A DNA stretch of 64,000 nt, from NCBI GenBank assembly GCA_964499705.1, contig CAZCME010000021.1, positions 1 through 64,000 of the forward strand. The letters are read 5' to 3'. This document shows positions 1-9,227 of the stretch, in pieces. Made by a program: the position numbers and the translations under genes. This stretch comes from an uncultured bacterium. Its GTDB lineage: Bacteria > UBA8481. The notes beneath the pieces are model-generated. The model was not told where the DNA came from, searched no databases, and worked only from the letters and a program-made list of their open reading frames with translations. How positions within the stretch are numbered: position 1 is the first letter of the stretch; every line of letters begins with the position of its first letter.

Positions 1-933
1 GTCTGTTCTATCGAATTCCAATACCTGCCGGCGATGATCGCTCATAGATGTGGAGATGATGAAATATTCGAGAGGTGCGATGCGCGGCCCGACAAGGCAC
101 TGATCCAGCGCGAAAATCGGGAACGGAGAAGGCCATGTGTATGACCATCCTGAGCCGGCGACGTCGTAGGCGTGCGAATATCCGGGCGGCAGGGATTGGA
201 AAGCGACCGAGAGTCGCGGTGCGTTGAAATCTCCGAGCACCAGATCGGGCGAACGCGATCTGATCGCTTCCATACACTCCAGAAGCTGGGGATGCCGATG
301 GATCCAAAGGCTCGCGGGCGCGTCGGCGATGAAGATGCGGAGCGTGTCGCCGCGCACGAGACAATCGAGCTGGCATATTTTCAACTCGACCCTGTTGATG
401 ACCCATTCCCCGGCGACAATTCTACCTCGAACCGCCGCGGCCATGGTTCCAAGGTGAGTTGCGCTGAAATCAGGTCCGAGTTGCCCGGCATACGTCGTGG
501 CATCGAAATCCTTCGGCACTTCGTTGAGGATGTGGATATCGGCCTGCTCCTTCTGCAGCTCCGAAACGATTTTCTCCCATCCCAGCTTTCCCCAATACAC
601 ATTCCACTGCACCACTCTCAGATGACCGTATGTGGAAAGAGGAGCGCGCAACTCCCAGCGATTTTCTCTTCCGATAAGAACGGTCATCGGTAACCACGCG
701 AGCAGGAACAAGCCCAGCGCCTTGCGCCGCCGCCGCATGATGAACTCGACCAGTGCGACGAAAAACACCAGGAGCAAAAGGAGCGGAGTAGGGATGTAGA
801 AACAGAGTCCCGTAATCCAATACTGATCGCGAAAGATCTGCCCGATCGACCATAGAGCGGTTATAAGCGCCGCGAGGATGGTCAGGCGGAGCGCCGCGAA
901 TCCATGTCTACCGGATGAAATCGCCGTAGTCGT
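1..933 (-). CDS. Endonuclease/exonuclease/phosphatase (EEP) family protein with N-terminal membrane helices; runs off the window edge, start codon uncertain
   Basis: Not in the ORF track. Manual translation of the minus frame ending at base 1 gives LRVVQWNVYWG...ADIHILNEV...LVLGDFNAP...YTWPSPFPIFALDQCLV...SDHRRQV, the EEP motif series, preceded by hydrophobic segments. In-frame TGA at 934-936. Confidence 0.8.
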
Positions 934-1021
934 TCATGACTGAGGGGAGTTTCCATAATCCAAGCACATGGTGAAATATAGGACAAGAAGGATCTCCAGT
1001 CATTCTGGTTGTGGACTCCGG

Positions 1022-3133
1022 TCAATCCTTCGGCGGTCGATGCGGTTCGAAGACGGCCCGGTCCTGCTCCTCCGCTTCGCGCGTCTTCTCCGTGGTGGCG
1101 AGCCAGAGTTTTTCCTGCGCCCGGAAATCCCGGCGCTTGCCCGTTCCCTGGACCGGCTGGTAGGTTCCGTCGGGTAGGAGCGCGCGGGCTTTGACTCCGT
1201 CCTGGAAGCAGGCCTCCAATATTTCGAGCAGTTTCTTTTTGCAGGCGGGATGTTCGACCGGTGCCAGCAACTCGATTCTCCGGTCGAAGCTCCGGTTCAT
1301 CCAGTCGGCGCTCGAGAGAAAGACGAGCTCGTCGCCGCCGTGGTGAAAAAATATGATTCGGCTGTGTTCGAGAAAGCGGTCCACGATGCTTGTGACGGAA
1401 ATGTTCTCGGATAATCCCGGCACGCCGGGCCGCAGGCAGCAGATTCCTCTCACGAGGAGGTGGATCTTCACGCCGGCCTGCGAGGCGCGGTAGAGAGCCT
1501 CGATGATCTCCGGGTCCGACAGGGAATTGATCTTGGCCTGGATCCGTCCTTTCTGCCCCTGCTTCCGGCGCTCCGTTTCCGCGTCGATCAGTTCGAGGAG
1601 CCGCGAGCGAAGACCGAGCGGCGCGGCGGCGATCTTCCGGAGCGGCGCCGGCTGGGAATTGCCCGTCACCATGTTGAAGAACATGGCGACCTCCGCGCAG
1701 AGCGATTCGTCCGCGGATAAAAGCCCCACATCGGTGTAGTACTGCGCCGTGGTCTCGTTGTAGTTTCCGGTGCCGAGGTGCACATACCGCTGAATGCCGT
1801 GCGGTTCGCGCCGGATCACGAGGCAGGCCTTCGCGTGCGTCTTCAGGCCCCGGATGCCATAGATGACCTGCACGCCCGCGTTTTCCAGCTCGCGCGCCCA
1901 GCGGATGTTCCTTTGCTCGTCGAACCGCGCCTTCAGCTCCACGATGACCGTGACGTATTTTCCGTTCCGCGCGGCGTGGCGGAGCGAATCGACGATCGAG
2001 CTCTGGCGCGTGGTGCGGTAAAGAATCTGCTTGATCGCCATGACGTCCGGATCCTCCGCGGCTTCCGCGATGAAACGCTCCACCGGTTCGAAACTCTCGA
2101 AGGGATGCGACAGGAGGATCGGGGCGGAGGCGATCACGGGAAAGAAGCTTTCCGCGGAGGCGCAGATCGGGGGCGTCTGCGGGGGCCAGGGATTGTGGCG
2201 GAGCCGGTCGAGGCCGGGGAGATTCGCGAGGGGGAACAGGACCGTCAGATCGAGCGGTCCCGAGATCCGGTACGTGTCGCCGTCGCCCAGGGTCGTGATC
2301 TTCTGCAGGAGCGTCAGAAGGTTCCGGGAAGCGGCGTGATCGATCTCCAGCCGGACGGCATCGCTCCGCTTCCGCGCCTCGAGAACCTCCTCGATCCCGG
2401 AAAGAAGATTCTCCGAGAAATCCTCGTCGACCGTGATGTCCGCGTTCCGCGTGATGCGGAAGGGCACGGCCTCCAGGACCGTCTCGTCCGGAAAAAAGAG
2501 ACCGACCTTCGCCCGGACGATTTCCTCCAGGAGAATGAAATCGTGCCGACCCTCCGACGGAACGAAGATGAGCCGGCCCTCCTGGCGCCCGATCAGCATC
2601 ACGACGAGGCGCTCGGATTTCGTCTCGTTCACGACCCGTTCGAGCCTGACCGCGAGATAGAGGGCGCGGTTCACGAGAAGCGGCGCATCGGTGCCTTCAT
2701 CCAGGGCCATGGGCGAGAGCACGGAAAAGATTTCATCGTGGAAGAGCGCGCCGACATGCTCCTCCTGGCGCGCGTTCAGATCCGCGTACCGAAGGCGGCT
2801 GATGCCTGCCTCCTTCAGCGCGGGTTCCAGCGTGTCCGACAGGAGCCGGAAGGCGTCTTCTGTCATGCGCCGCGCGGTCTTGCCGATCTGTTCGAGCTGC
2901 TGCACGGGCGTGAGGCCGGACGGATCGCGAGAACGCTTGCCTTGCGCCTGGAGCATCTTCAACCCGCCGACACGGACCATGAAAAATTCATCGAGATTGG
3001 AGAAGACGATTCCGAGGAACCTCAGGCGCTCCAGGAGCGGAACGGCGATGTTCGCGGCTTCATCGAGAACCCGCTGGTTGAACTGGAGCCAGGAGAGCTC
3101 GCGATTCAGGAAACGCGACGGCTCTTCGCTCAT
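1022..3133 (-). CDS. ppk1: Polyphosphate kinase 1
   Basis: NRELSWLQFNQRVL, SNLDEFFMVRV, ELKARFDE, KTHAK, HLGTGNYN, RFLEHSRI and SSADWM motifs. Confidence 0.97.
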   Translation of the reverse strand: MSEEPSRFLNRELSWLQFNQRVLDEAANIAVPLLERLRFLGIVFSNLDEFFMVRVGGLKMLQAQGKRSRDPSGLTPVQQLEQIGKTARRMTEDAFRLLSDTLEPALKEAGISRLRYADLNARQEEHVGALFHDEIFSVLSPMALDEGTDAPLLVNRALYLAVRLERVVNETKSERLVVMLIGRQEGRLIFVPSEGRHDFILLEEIVRAKVGLFFPDETVLEAVPFRITRNADITVDEDFSENLLSGIEEVLEARKRSDAVRLEIDHAASRNLLTLLQKITTLGDGDTYRISGPLDLTVLFPLANLPGLDRLRHNPWPPQTPPICASAESFFPVIASAPILLSHPFESFEPVERFIAEAAEDPDVMAIKQILYRTTRQSSIVDSLRHAARNGKYVTVIVELKARFDEQRNIRWARELENAGVQVIYGIRGLKTHAKACLVIRREPHGIQRYVHLGTGNYNETTAQYYTDVGLLSADESLCAEVAMFFNMVTGNSQPAPLRKIAAAPLGLRSRLLELIDAETERRKQGQKGRIQAKINSLSDPEIIEALYRASQAGVKIHLLVRGICCLRPGVPGLSENISVTSIVDRFLEHSRIIFFHHGGDELVFLSSADWMNRSFDRRIELLAPVEHPACKKKLLEILEACFQDGVKARALLPDGTYQPVQGTGKRRDFRAQEKLWLATTEKTREAEEQDRAVFEPHRPPKD

Positions 3134-4716
3134 GCCGCGCCGCGCCGCAGGACGGGAGTCAAGCCGTAGACGCCTTCGAACATCGATCCCTTCTGCTTCA
3201 AGGCCAGCTGTTCGAGCGTGAGATCCCGGACCCCGGGGACGGTGATGACGAAATTTCGGTCGCTGACCGCGCAGCGGATCCCGGCGATGCGCTGGTTGTG
3301 GGCGCGGTCAAGGGCATCGGCGACGCGGAGAATCGCCGCGAGCTTGGAGACGACGATGCGCGATTCGTGGGGAAGCGTCGCGTAGATTTCATGAATCGGC
3401 CTCGGCCCGGCGCGGCGGTGATAGCGCGCCGTCAGCGCGATCAGCTCCACGCTGGCCCGGTCCAGCCCGAAGAGCTCGCTGTTGAGGATGAGATACATCG
3501 AGTGCTTGTGATGGCTGCGGGTGGAGACGAAGAGGCCGATCTCGTGCAGCAGGCCGGCGATGCGGAGAAGAAGCAGATGCTGGGGCCCCAGGCGATGCTC
3601 CGGGCCGAGCGCCTCGAAGAGCTGTTCCGCGAGCTCCGCGACGTGTCGCCCGTGCGCTTCGTCGAACTGGTATTTGCGGCCCAGTTCGTACGCCGACTTC
3701 ACGATCTGGTCGAGGAATTCGGCCGCCGGGCGGTTCGCCCTCGACATTTCCCGGGCGATGCCGTCGCGAAGCGAAACCTCCGGCACGTGGATCTCCTTCA
3801 CGCGGAAGGCGCGCGCGAGGTGGAGATAAGTCTGAAGCGTGGGGCCGAGGGTCTCGGCTTCGGTGTAGGTGATCTTGAACTGTTTCACGACGTCGTCGAC
3901 GCGGAGCGCCAGCAGGGTTTCCGCGAGCCCCGAGAGCGCGCTGACCTTGACGCGCGTCAGGTCGGCGGAATCCCGCGTGCCCTTCAACTGGGTCGCGGCA
4001 AAGCGCATGTCGCCGCCCAGGGCCATGAGCCTCGGCTCCGTCTCGACCGGGACGGTCTTGCGGAGCTGCTGCACAGGACGCTGGACATGCGTTTCGATGA
4101 GCCCCTTAAGGCGTTCTCCCGGACCCTCGCGCTCCCCCAGCATCTCGCGCATCCGGATCGCGCCGAGCCTGTACGTGTCGGCGAAGGCTATGACGCCGTC
4201 CCGGAAGAGCATCAGCTCCGTGCTGCCGGCTCCTACCTCCACGACGATCGTGTCGCCCTTCATGAGATCGGGATGCGCCTGGAGACACGGCATGATGGCG
4301 GTGTAGGTGAGACGGATGACCGCGGGTTCCTCCAGCACCTGCACGACGATCCCGGTCGCGACATAGATCCGGTCGAGGAACGCTTCGCGGTTCGCGGCTT
4401 CCCTCACCGCCGACGTCGCGACCGCGCGGATGCGCGCCGGATCCGTGATCTGGTACTCGGCCAGCAGCTTCGTGTACCTCCGGATCGCATCGACGCACTC
4501 CTCGGTCGCACCGCGGCTGATGGCGCCGCTCGTGAACGTGTCGCGGCCGAGCGCGATGGTCTGGTGCAGCGATTCAAGAATCCGGAATTCGCCGCTCTCG
4601 TGCAGCTCCGTGATCATCAGCCGGATCATGCTGGCGCCGATATCGATGATGCCGACAATCCGCGGCGCGACTGTCGTGACGGGTGGAGGCGACGGCGGCG
4701 GAGCGGAAGAAGACAC
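3130..4716 (-). CDS. ppx: Ppx/GppA exopolyphosphatase family protein with C-terminal HD-like domain
   Basis: IDIGAS, ATSAVREAAN, EVGAGSTE, LRDG, LHEIG, HHKHS motifs; 4-bp overlap with ppk1. Confidence 0.9.
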   Translation of the reverse strand: MSSSAPPPSPPPVTTVAPRIVGIIDIGASMIRLMITELHESGEFRILESLHQTIALGRDTFTSGAISRGATEECVDAIRRYTKLLAEYQITDPARIRAVATSAVREAANREAFLDRIYVATGIVVQVLEEPAVIRLTYTAIMPCLQAHPDLMKGDTIVVEVGAGSTELMLFRDGVIAFADTYRLGAIRMREMLGEREGPGERLKGLIETHVQRPVQQLRKTVPVETEPRLMALGGDMRFAATQLKGTRDSADLTRVKVSALSGLAETLLALRVDDVVKQFKITYTEAETLGPTLQTYLHLARAFRVKEIHVPEVSLRDGIAREMSRANRPAAEFLDQIVKSAYELGRKYQFDEAHGRHVAELAEQLFEALGPEHRLGPQHLLLLRIAGLLHEIGLFVSTRSHHKHSMYLILNSELFGLDRASVELIALTARYHRRAGPRPIHEIYATLPHESRIVVSKLAAILRVADALDRAHNQRIAGIRCAVSDRNFVITVPGVRDLTLEQLALKQKGSMFEGVYGLTPVLRRGAA

Positions 4717-4722
4717 GCGGAA

Positions 4723-5709
4723 TTATTTCTCGACCATCAGCCGCGCCCACGCGGCGGCGCCTGCCGCCGTGGCGTCGTCGCCCAGCTCGGCGATGCGGAT
4801 CTTGAAGATCTTGCGGAAGGAGGGGAGGAGCCGTTCCTCCGCGGCGCGGCGCGACTCCTCGATCCAGATGCCGGGCATCGCTCCGACGAAACCGCCGCCG
4901 AGGACGACGATGTCCGGCGCCAGCATGTGCACGGCGACGGAAATGCCTGCGCCGAGCCAGCGCGCCGCTTCGCGGACGATCTCCTCGACTTCCTTGTCGC
5001 CCTTGCGGATCGCCTCGGCGATCGCCTTGCTCCGGATTTTTCCGACGTCGAAACCCACGTCATCATGCAGGCGCGGAGCATCTCCCCGGAACGCCGCCGC
5101 CGCCGCGGTGGAAGCCACCGCGAGGCGTCCCGTCAGGGACTCGAGCGTTCCGTGGAGCCCGGCGCCGGAGCGGGGACCGCCCGGCAGGAGCGGAATATGC
5201 CCGATCTCCATGCACGAACCGGTGCGGCCGCGCAGGATCTTTCCCTCGTAGACGCATCCTCCGCCGACTCCCGTCCCTGGGAAGATTCCGACCGCGCAAT
5301 GCGCGCCGCGCGCCGCGCCGAATCGATACTCGCCGAAGACGCCGGCATCGACGTCGTTCAGGATGAACGCGGGCCGCTTGAATTCCTTCTCGAACAGAGC
5401 CTTGATGCGGATGTTTTTCCATCCCAGGTTGGGGGCTTCCCGAATGATGCCGCGGTCAAGATCGAGCGGTCCCGGGCACCCTGCTCCGATGCCTGCCAGG
5501 GCCGAGCGGGGAATATCCTTCTCGTCCAGGACTTCGACGATCAGAGCGATGATGCGCTGAAACACCTGCGGGAATCCGGCCAGGCCGCGGGTCTTGCAGC
5601 GTCCCATGCCGACTCTCTTCAAGTCATCGTCGAAGAGGGACACCTGTATTTTCGTGCCGCCGATGTCCACTCCGGCCCATAATTTTCGTTTTTCGCGCTT
5701 CTTTGCCAT
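4723..5709 (-). CDS. ROK family sugar kinase (glucokinase-like)
   Basis: GVDIGGTK, GCPGP, NDVDA, GTGVGGG, EIGH motifs; start moved to ATG 5709 (MAKKREK). Confidence 0.9.
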   Translation of the reverse strand: MAKKREKRKLWAGVDIGGTKIQVSLFDDDLKRVGMGRCKTRGLAGFPQVFQRIIALIVEVLDEKDIPRSALAGIGAGCPGPLDLDRGIIREAPNLGWKNIRIKALFEKEFKRPAFILNDVDAGVFGEYRFGAARGAHCAVGIFPGTGVGGGCVYEGKILRGRTGSCMEIGHIPLLPGGPRSGAGLHGTLESLTGRLAVASTAAAAAFRGDAPRLHDDVGFDVGKIRSKAIAEAIRKGDKEVEEIVREAARWLGAGISVAVHMLAPDIVVLGGGFVGAMPGIWIEESRRAAEERLLPSFRKIFKIRIAELGDDATAAGAAAWARLMVEK

Positions 5710-5938
5710 GATGCGAGGTATCTCCCGGTTCGCGGCCTGGACCGCATGATTTGTTCCGCCCGCCCCGCGACCTGTGCCCTTAGACCTTAGCATGGAATCA
5801 GCGACCACGATAGACCGATTCTCCCGCCTTGAGCGTGAGTAATGTGTCAGAAGCATGTTATGAATGCGTGAGAGAATGAGAGTATTTCGGGCTCCAGACA
5901 TGGTATGAACCCCGCGCGAACGAGCATATACTTCCCGC

Positions 5939-7660
5939 GTGATTCCTCGGCACTCCACTCCAGATCTCGTCAAGGATCCCGTCTCCATCTTACCCCTGGC
6001 CTTTTTGGGATTGATCGCCGCCACGATCTTCTTCCGACTCCGTTTCGGCCTCGATTTCACGGATGAAGCCTATTACGCCGTCCTCGCTCAGCGCTTCGCC
6101 CTGGGGGATATTCCCTATGTGGATGAGATCAATCTGCGGCAATCCGCCGCCTTGTTCACTGCGCCATTTTACTGGTGTTATCTCCGGCTAAACGGATCGA
6201 CCGATGGAATCGTCTATTTTCTCCGCTGCATCTTTTTCGGTCTTCAGTGCGTGGTGGCCGCGACGGCATTTCGATTCACTTATGTGTCTGCTCCGCGTCA
6301 GCCCGTGCTCCATGCCTCCATCGCCGCGACATGGGTCTTTCTCTTCATCCCTCATTCGATTCCGGCGTGCAGCTACAACACTCTCGGCAGCCTTCTCTTC
6401 GCGCTGGGTACGATCATCAGCCTGGATGGAATCCTGAACTCCGGTTCCCGGTTGAAATTCCCCCTGGCCGGCGCGGTTCATGGGCTCGCGGTCGTCGCGT
6501 ATCCCGCTCTTCTAATTCCCGTAGTGATTCACGGCGCCGTCATGGCCGCCTTCACTTTCCCGAAACCCGCGACCGGCTCCGCTCGCACTGCATTATCTTA
6601 TGGCGCGGGTGTCGGACTCATCGTCGCGGCATTTCTCATCTGCTTTCATTCGGGCATGATGCTGGGAATCAGGCGAGCGATGGAATTTGAAGGCATGTTC
6701 ACGCGGCAGCGCGACGCAGGCAAGCTGGGAATCATGATCGTGGACATGATCGGCCAGGCCGGGCCGTTGTTTCCGGCCGCCATCGTCGGGCTGCTCGCCT
6801 TCGCCCTAAGGCGTCGCATGGATCGGCTCACCGGCATCGCGCTCCTTTTCCTCGCAGTTCCGGCATGGTTCTGGTCCGCGCGGAGGTCCTTGCATCTGTA
6901 CACCGCTCAGCACGATCTCGGCATGGATATCTTCATCTACCTTGGGATTTTATCCGGCCTCCTCTTTCCGATCCTGACAACCTTGCGGGAATCCCGTTGC
7001 ATTTTCCTCGGAGCATGGCTGCCATCGATGCTGGCCGGAATGACGACGGCCATGGCCAGCGATGGAGGATGGCGAAGCGCGGGGCTGGGTATTTTTACCG
7101 CGGTCCTCGCGACACCTCTTCTCATTTCGCATGCGCGGGCCGCGGGAGGAAGAACCGGAAACGCGGCCATGACGATCGCGATGATCCTGATTTCGCTGGC
7201 GCTGGTGCGCGTGCATGTCCGCGCGACCTATTTCGACGGGCCATGGATGATGCAGACGACGGAAGTGACGGAAGGGCCATACAAGGGTTTGCGCGGCGCG
7301 CCCGTCAAGGCGGCGTTCGCGGAATCCGCGACCCGTGAAGTGAGGCATTTCTGGCGGCCGGGTGAACGAATGCTGGTGTATTACAACCGGCCCGGAGTTT
7401 ATCTCAGCGTTCCCGCCCGCCCATCGGTTGAAGTATCCTGGACCGATCATAGAGCGCGGATGGCGCCACTCCTGCCTTACTTCGATGATCACCGCACAGG
7501 GCAGGGGATCGTCGTTGTCATGAAGGGAGAAAGAGGAACGAGTCGCGAACTCGAGATGCTCGTGGAAGATCCCGATCGGCTCCTCGTGGACGCGCCCGAG
7601 TTCCGAATCTACCGCGAACCATCACCCTCGCCGGCCGGTGTCCTGCCGCCGGATTCCTGA
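5939..7660 (+). CDS. Polytopic membrane protein, GT-C/ArnT-like glycosyltransferase
   Basis: TM1 followed by DFTDEAYY acidic loop, many TM helices, soluble C-terminal domain. Confidence 0.6.
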   Translation: MIPRHSTPDLVKDPVSILPLAFLGLIAATIFFRLRFGLDFTDEAYYAVLAQRFALGDIPYVDEINLRQSAALFTAPFYWCYLRLNGSTDGIVYFLRCIFFGLQCVVAATAFRFTYVSAPRQPVLHASIAATWVFLFIPHSIPACSYNTLGSLLFALGTIISLDGILNSGSRLKFPLAGAVHGLAVVAYPALLIPVVIHGAVMAAFTFPKPATGSARTALSYGAGVGLIVAAFLICFHSGMMLGIRRAMEFEGMFTRQRDAGKLGIMIVDMIGQAGPLFPAAIVGLLAFALRRRMDRLTGIALLFLAVPAWFWSARRSLHLYTAQHDLGMDIFIYLGILSGLLFPILTTLRESRCIFLGAWLPSMLAGMTTAMASDGGWRSAGLGIFTAVLATPLLISHARAAGGRTGNAAMTIAMILISLALVRVHVRATYFDGPWMMQTTEVTEGPYKGLRGAPVKAAFAESATREVRHFWRPGERMLVYYNRPGVYLSVPARPSVEVSWTDHRARMAPLLPYFDDHRTGQGIVVVMKGERGTSRELEMLVEDPDRLLVDAPEFRIYREPSPSPAGVLPPDS

Positions 7661-7680
7661 GCCATTACCCGGGACGAAAC

Positions 7681-7711
7681 TTGACAGAAATTGTCTTTCC
7701 CGCGTTATACT
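7681..7711 (+). promoter_or_regulatory. Sigma-70-like promoter
   Basis: TTGACA-19 nt-TATACT, 10 nt before ATG 7722; spacer is long. Confidence 0.45.
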
Positions 7712-7721
7712 CCCGCTTCGC

Positions 7722-9218
7722 ATGTCCCGTCCTCGAATCGCGATCCTTTCCCTGATCCTCTGCATGGCCGCTCTTGTCAGATTTCATGGACTGGCGGACC
7801 AGGGTTTTTTCATGAGCGATGAGGCGGCATTCGCGCTCGAAGCGGACAAGCTCGCGCGTTCCGTGGACATGGCGGTCCGGAGGGTGCCGGGCGAAGGAGG
7901 CCCGTTCGAAGGCACGGTCAGGCCGTTCCACATGATTCTCCTCGCCCTCATGCCCGATACGACAAGCGTGCTCTATTTCAGCGCCCTGTGCGGCGTGCTG
8001 ACCGTCGCGTTCGTGGCGCTCCTCGCGCGCGGCATGGCGGATGCTCCGGATTCCCTCGCTCCGGAACTGGCCGCGCTCCTTCTGGCTACTTCTCCTTCGC
8101 ATGTCTTCTTTTCGCGCATGCTCGCCCCTGAGGCCAGCGCCATCTGCCTCATGTGCGCGGCGCTCGTCGTCTACCTCGCCGACCGGGGGAATTCCATAAA
8201 GCGCCTGGCGGCGTCCGGATTCATTTTCGGCCTTGCCTATGGACTTCAGCCGCGCATGACATTTCCCGCGCTCTTCTTCATCGCGGCGGAATTTGCGGCG
8301 CGTCGCGACGCGCGGCGCATTCTCATTCTCTGCTCCTTCCTGGCGCTTCCCCTGGTCGTCATGGAAGGTCTCTATTCGATTCTCGGGTGGGCGCACCGGA
8401 GCATGGGAAGCACCTACTATCCGCATGGATATCTCGCGCAATATATCAACATGGAAGGGATCGCGCGCATGGTCCCGAGGTTGAACCGGATCGAGTTCAT
8501 GTTCGACTATCTCAGAAAGGTGGAATCGCTTCCCTACTATATCCTCTTTTTCATCGCGCTTCTTGCCGCGGCTCTGCGCCGCAAGTACGTTGCGCTGGGA
8601 GTCGGCCTCTGCGCGCTCTTTATATTTCTCGCCGGGACGATCGGCGACCAGGTTCTTTTTTCGGGCAAAAGGTGGGGACGCATGCTCCAGCCCGGAATCG
8701 TGCTCGGGTGCGCCCTGGTGGGATCTTTTCTCGCGGACCGCGCCCGTGGATCCTTTTCGCAGAAGCTCGCGGCCATCGCGCTCGTCCTCCTGGCGATCGG
8801 GCTGAGGGCGGAGATCCTGGCGGAGTCCATCGTGATGAAGTCAGATGCGGAACGCGTGATGAAGGAGGCTTACCGGCGGGCTCCTTCTCCCACCATGTTC
8901 AGCGAGGACGATAACCTCCTGACGTGGCACTTGCGCGGCCTTCCGCCGCATATCGGCTTCTATCCCGGTCTCGATACGGCCACGGTCATCATCTTCGACC
9001 GCGAATATGCGTCGCAGTTCGGCTTTCTTCACCTCCTTCCGGATACGCCGACTTTTCTCCTGGAGGACAACACGATGAAGCCGCGGATCCTCTATCTCGA
9101 GACTTTCGGCCGTGCCGTGGATCTGGAGCGCTTTGCTTCCATTCCACCCCGCCCCGCGCAGGTGTACGTGCTGCCGAAACATTATCAGCGGCCCGATCGG
9201 CCGCGCTCCGCCCGCTAA
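7722..9218 (+). CDS. GT-C/ArnT (PMT_2-like) membrane glycosyltransferase
   Basis: RFHGLADQGFFMSDEAAF, LLLATSPSHVFFSRMLAPE pattern; many TM segments. Confidence 0.7.
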   Translation: MSRPRIAILSLILCMAALVRFHGLADQGFFMSDEAAFALEADKLARSVDMAVRRVPGEGGPFEGTVRPFHMILLALMPDTTSVLYFSALCGVLTVAFVALLARGMADAPDSLAPELAALLLATSPSHVFFSRMLAPEASAICLMCAALVVYLADRGNSIKRLAASGFIFGLAYGLQPRMTFPALFFIAAEFAARRDARRILILCSFLALPLVVMEGLYSILGWAHRSMGSTYYPHGYLAQYINMEGIARMVPRLNRIEFMFDYLRKVESLPYYILFFIALLAAALRRKYVALGVGLCALFIFLAGTIGDQVLFSGKRWGRMLQPGIVLGCALVGSFLADRARGSFSQKLAAIALVLLAIGLRAEILAESIVMKSDAERVMKEAYRRAPSPTMFSEDDNLLTWHLRGLPPHIGFYPGLDTATVIIFDREYASQFGFLHLLPDTPTFLLEDNTMKPRILYLETFGRAVDLERFASIPPRPAQVYVLPKHYQRPDRPRSAR

Positions 9219-9227
9219 CCGGATCGC

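Noticed and set aside
921-934. 14-nt match (TCGCCGTAGTCGTT) to the left arm of the four-helix cassette
   Set aside because: Single short match with no partner arm or hexamer array. Chance cannot be excluded.
1778-5682. Long + strand ORFs (463 aa and 794 aa), and similar ones such as 42206-44107 and 58452-60218
   Set aside because: Antisense shadows of well-supported genes, expected in high-GC DNA, with no recognisable motifs.
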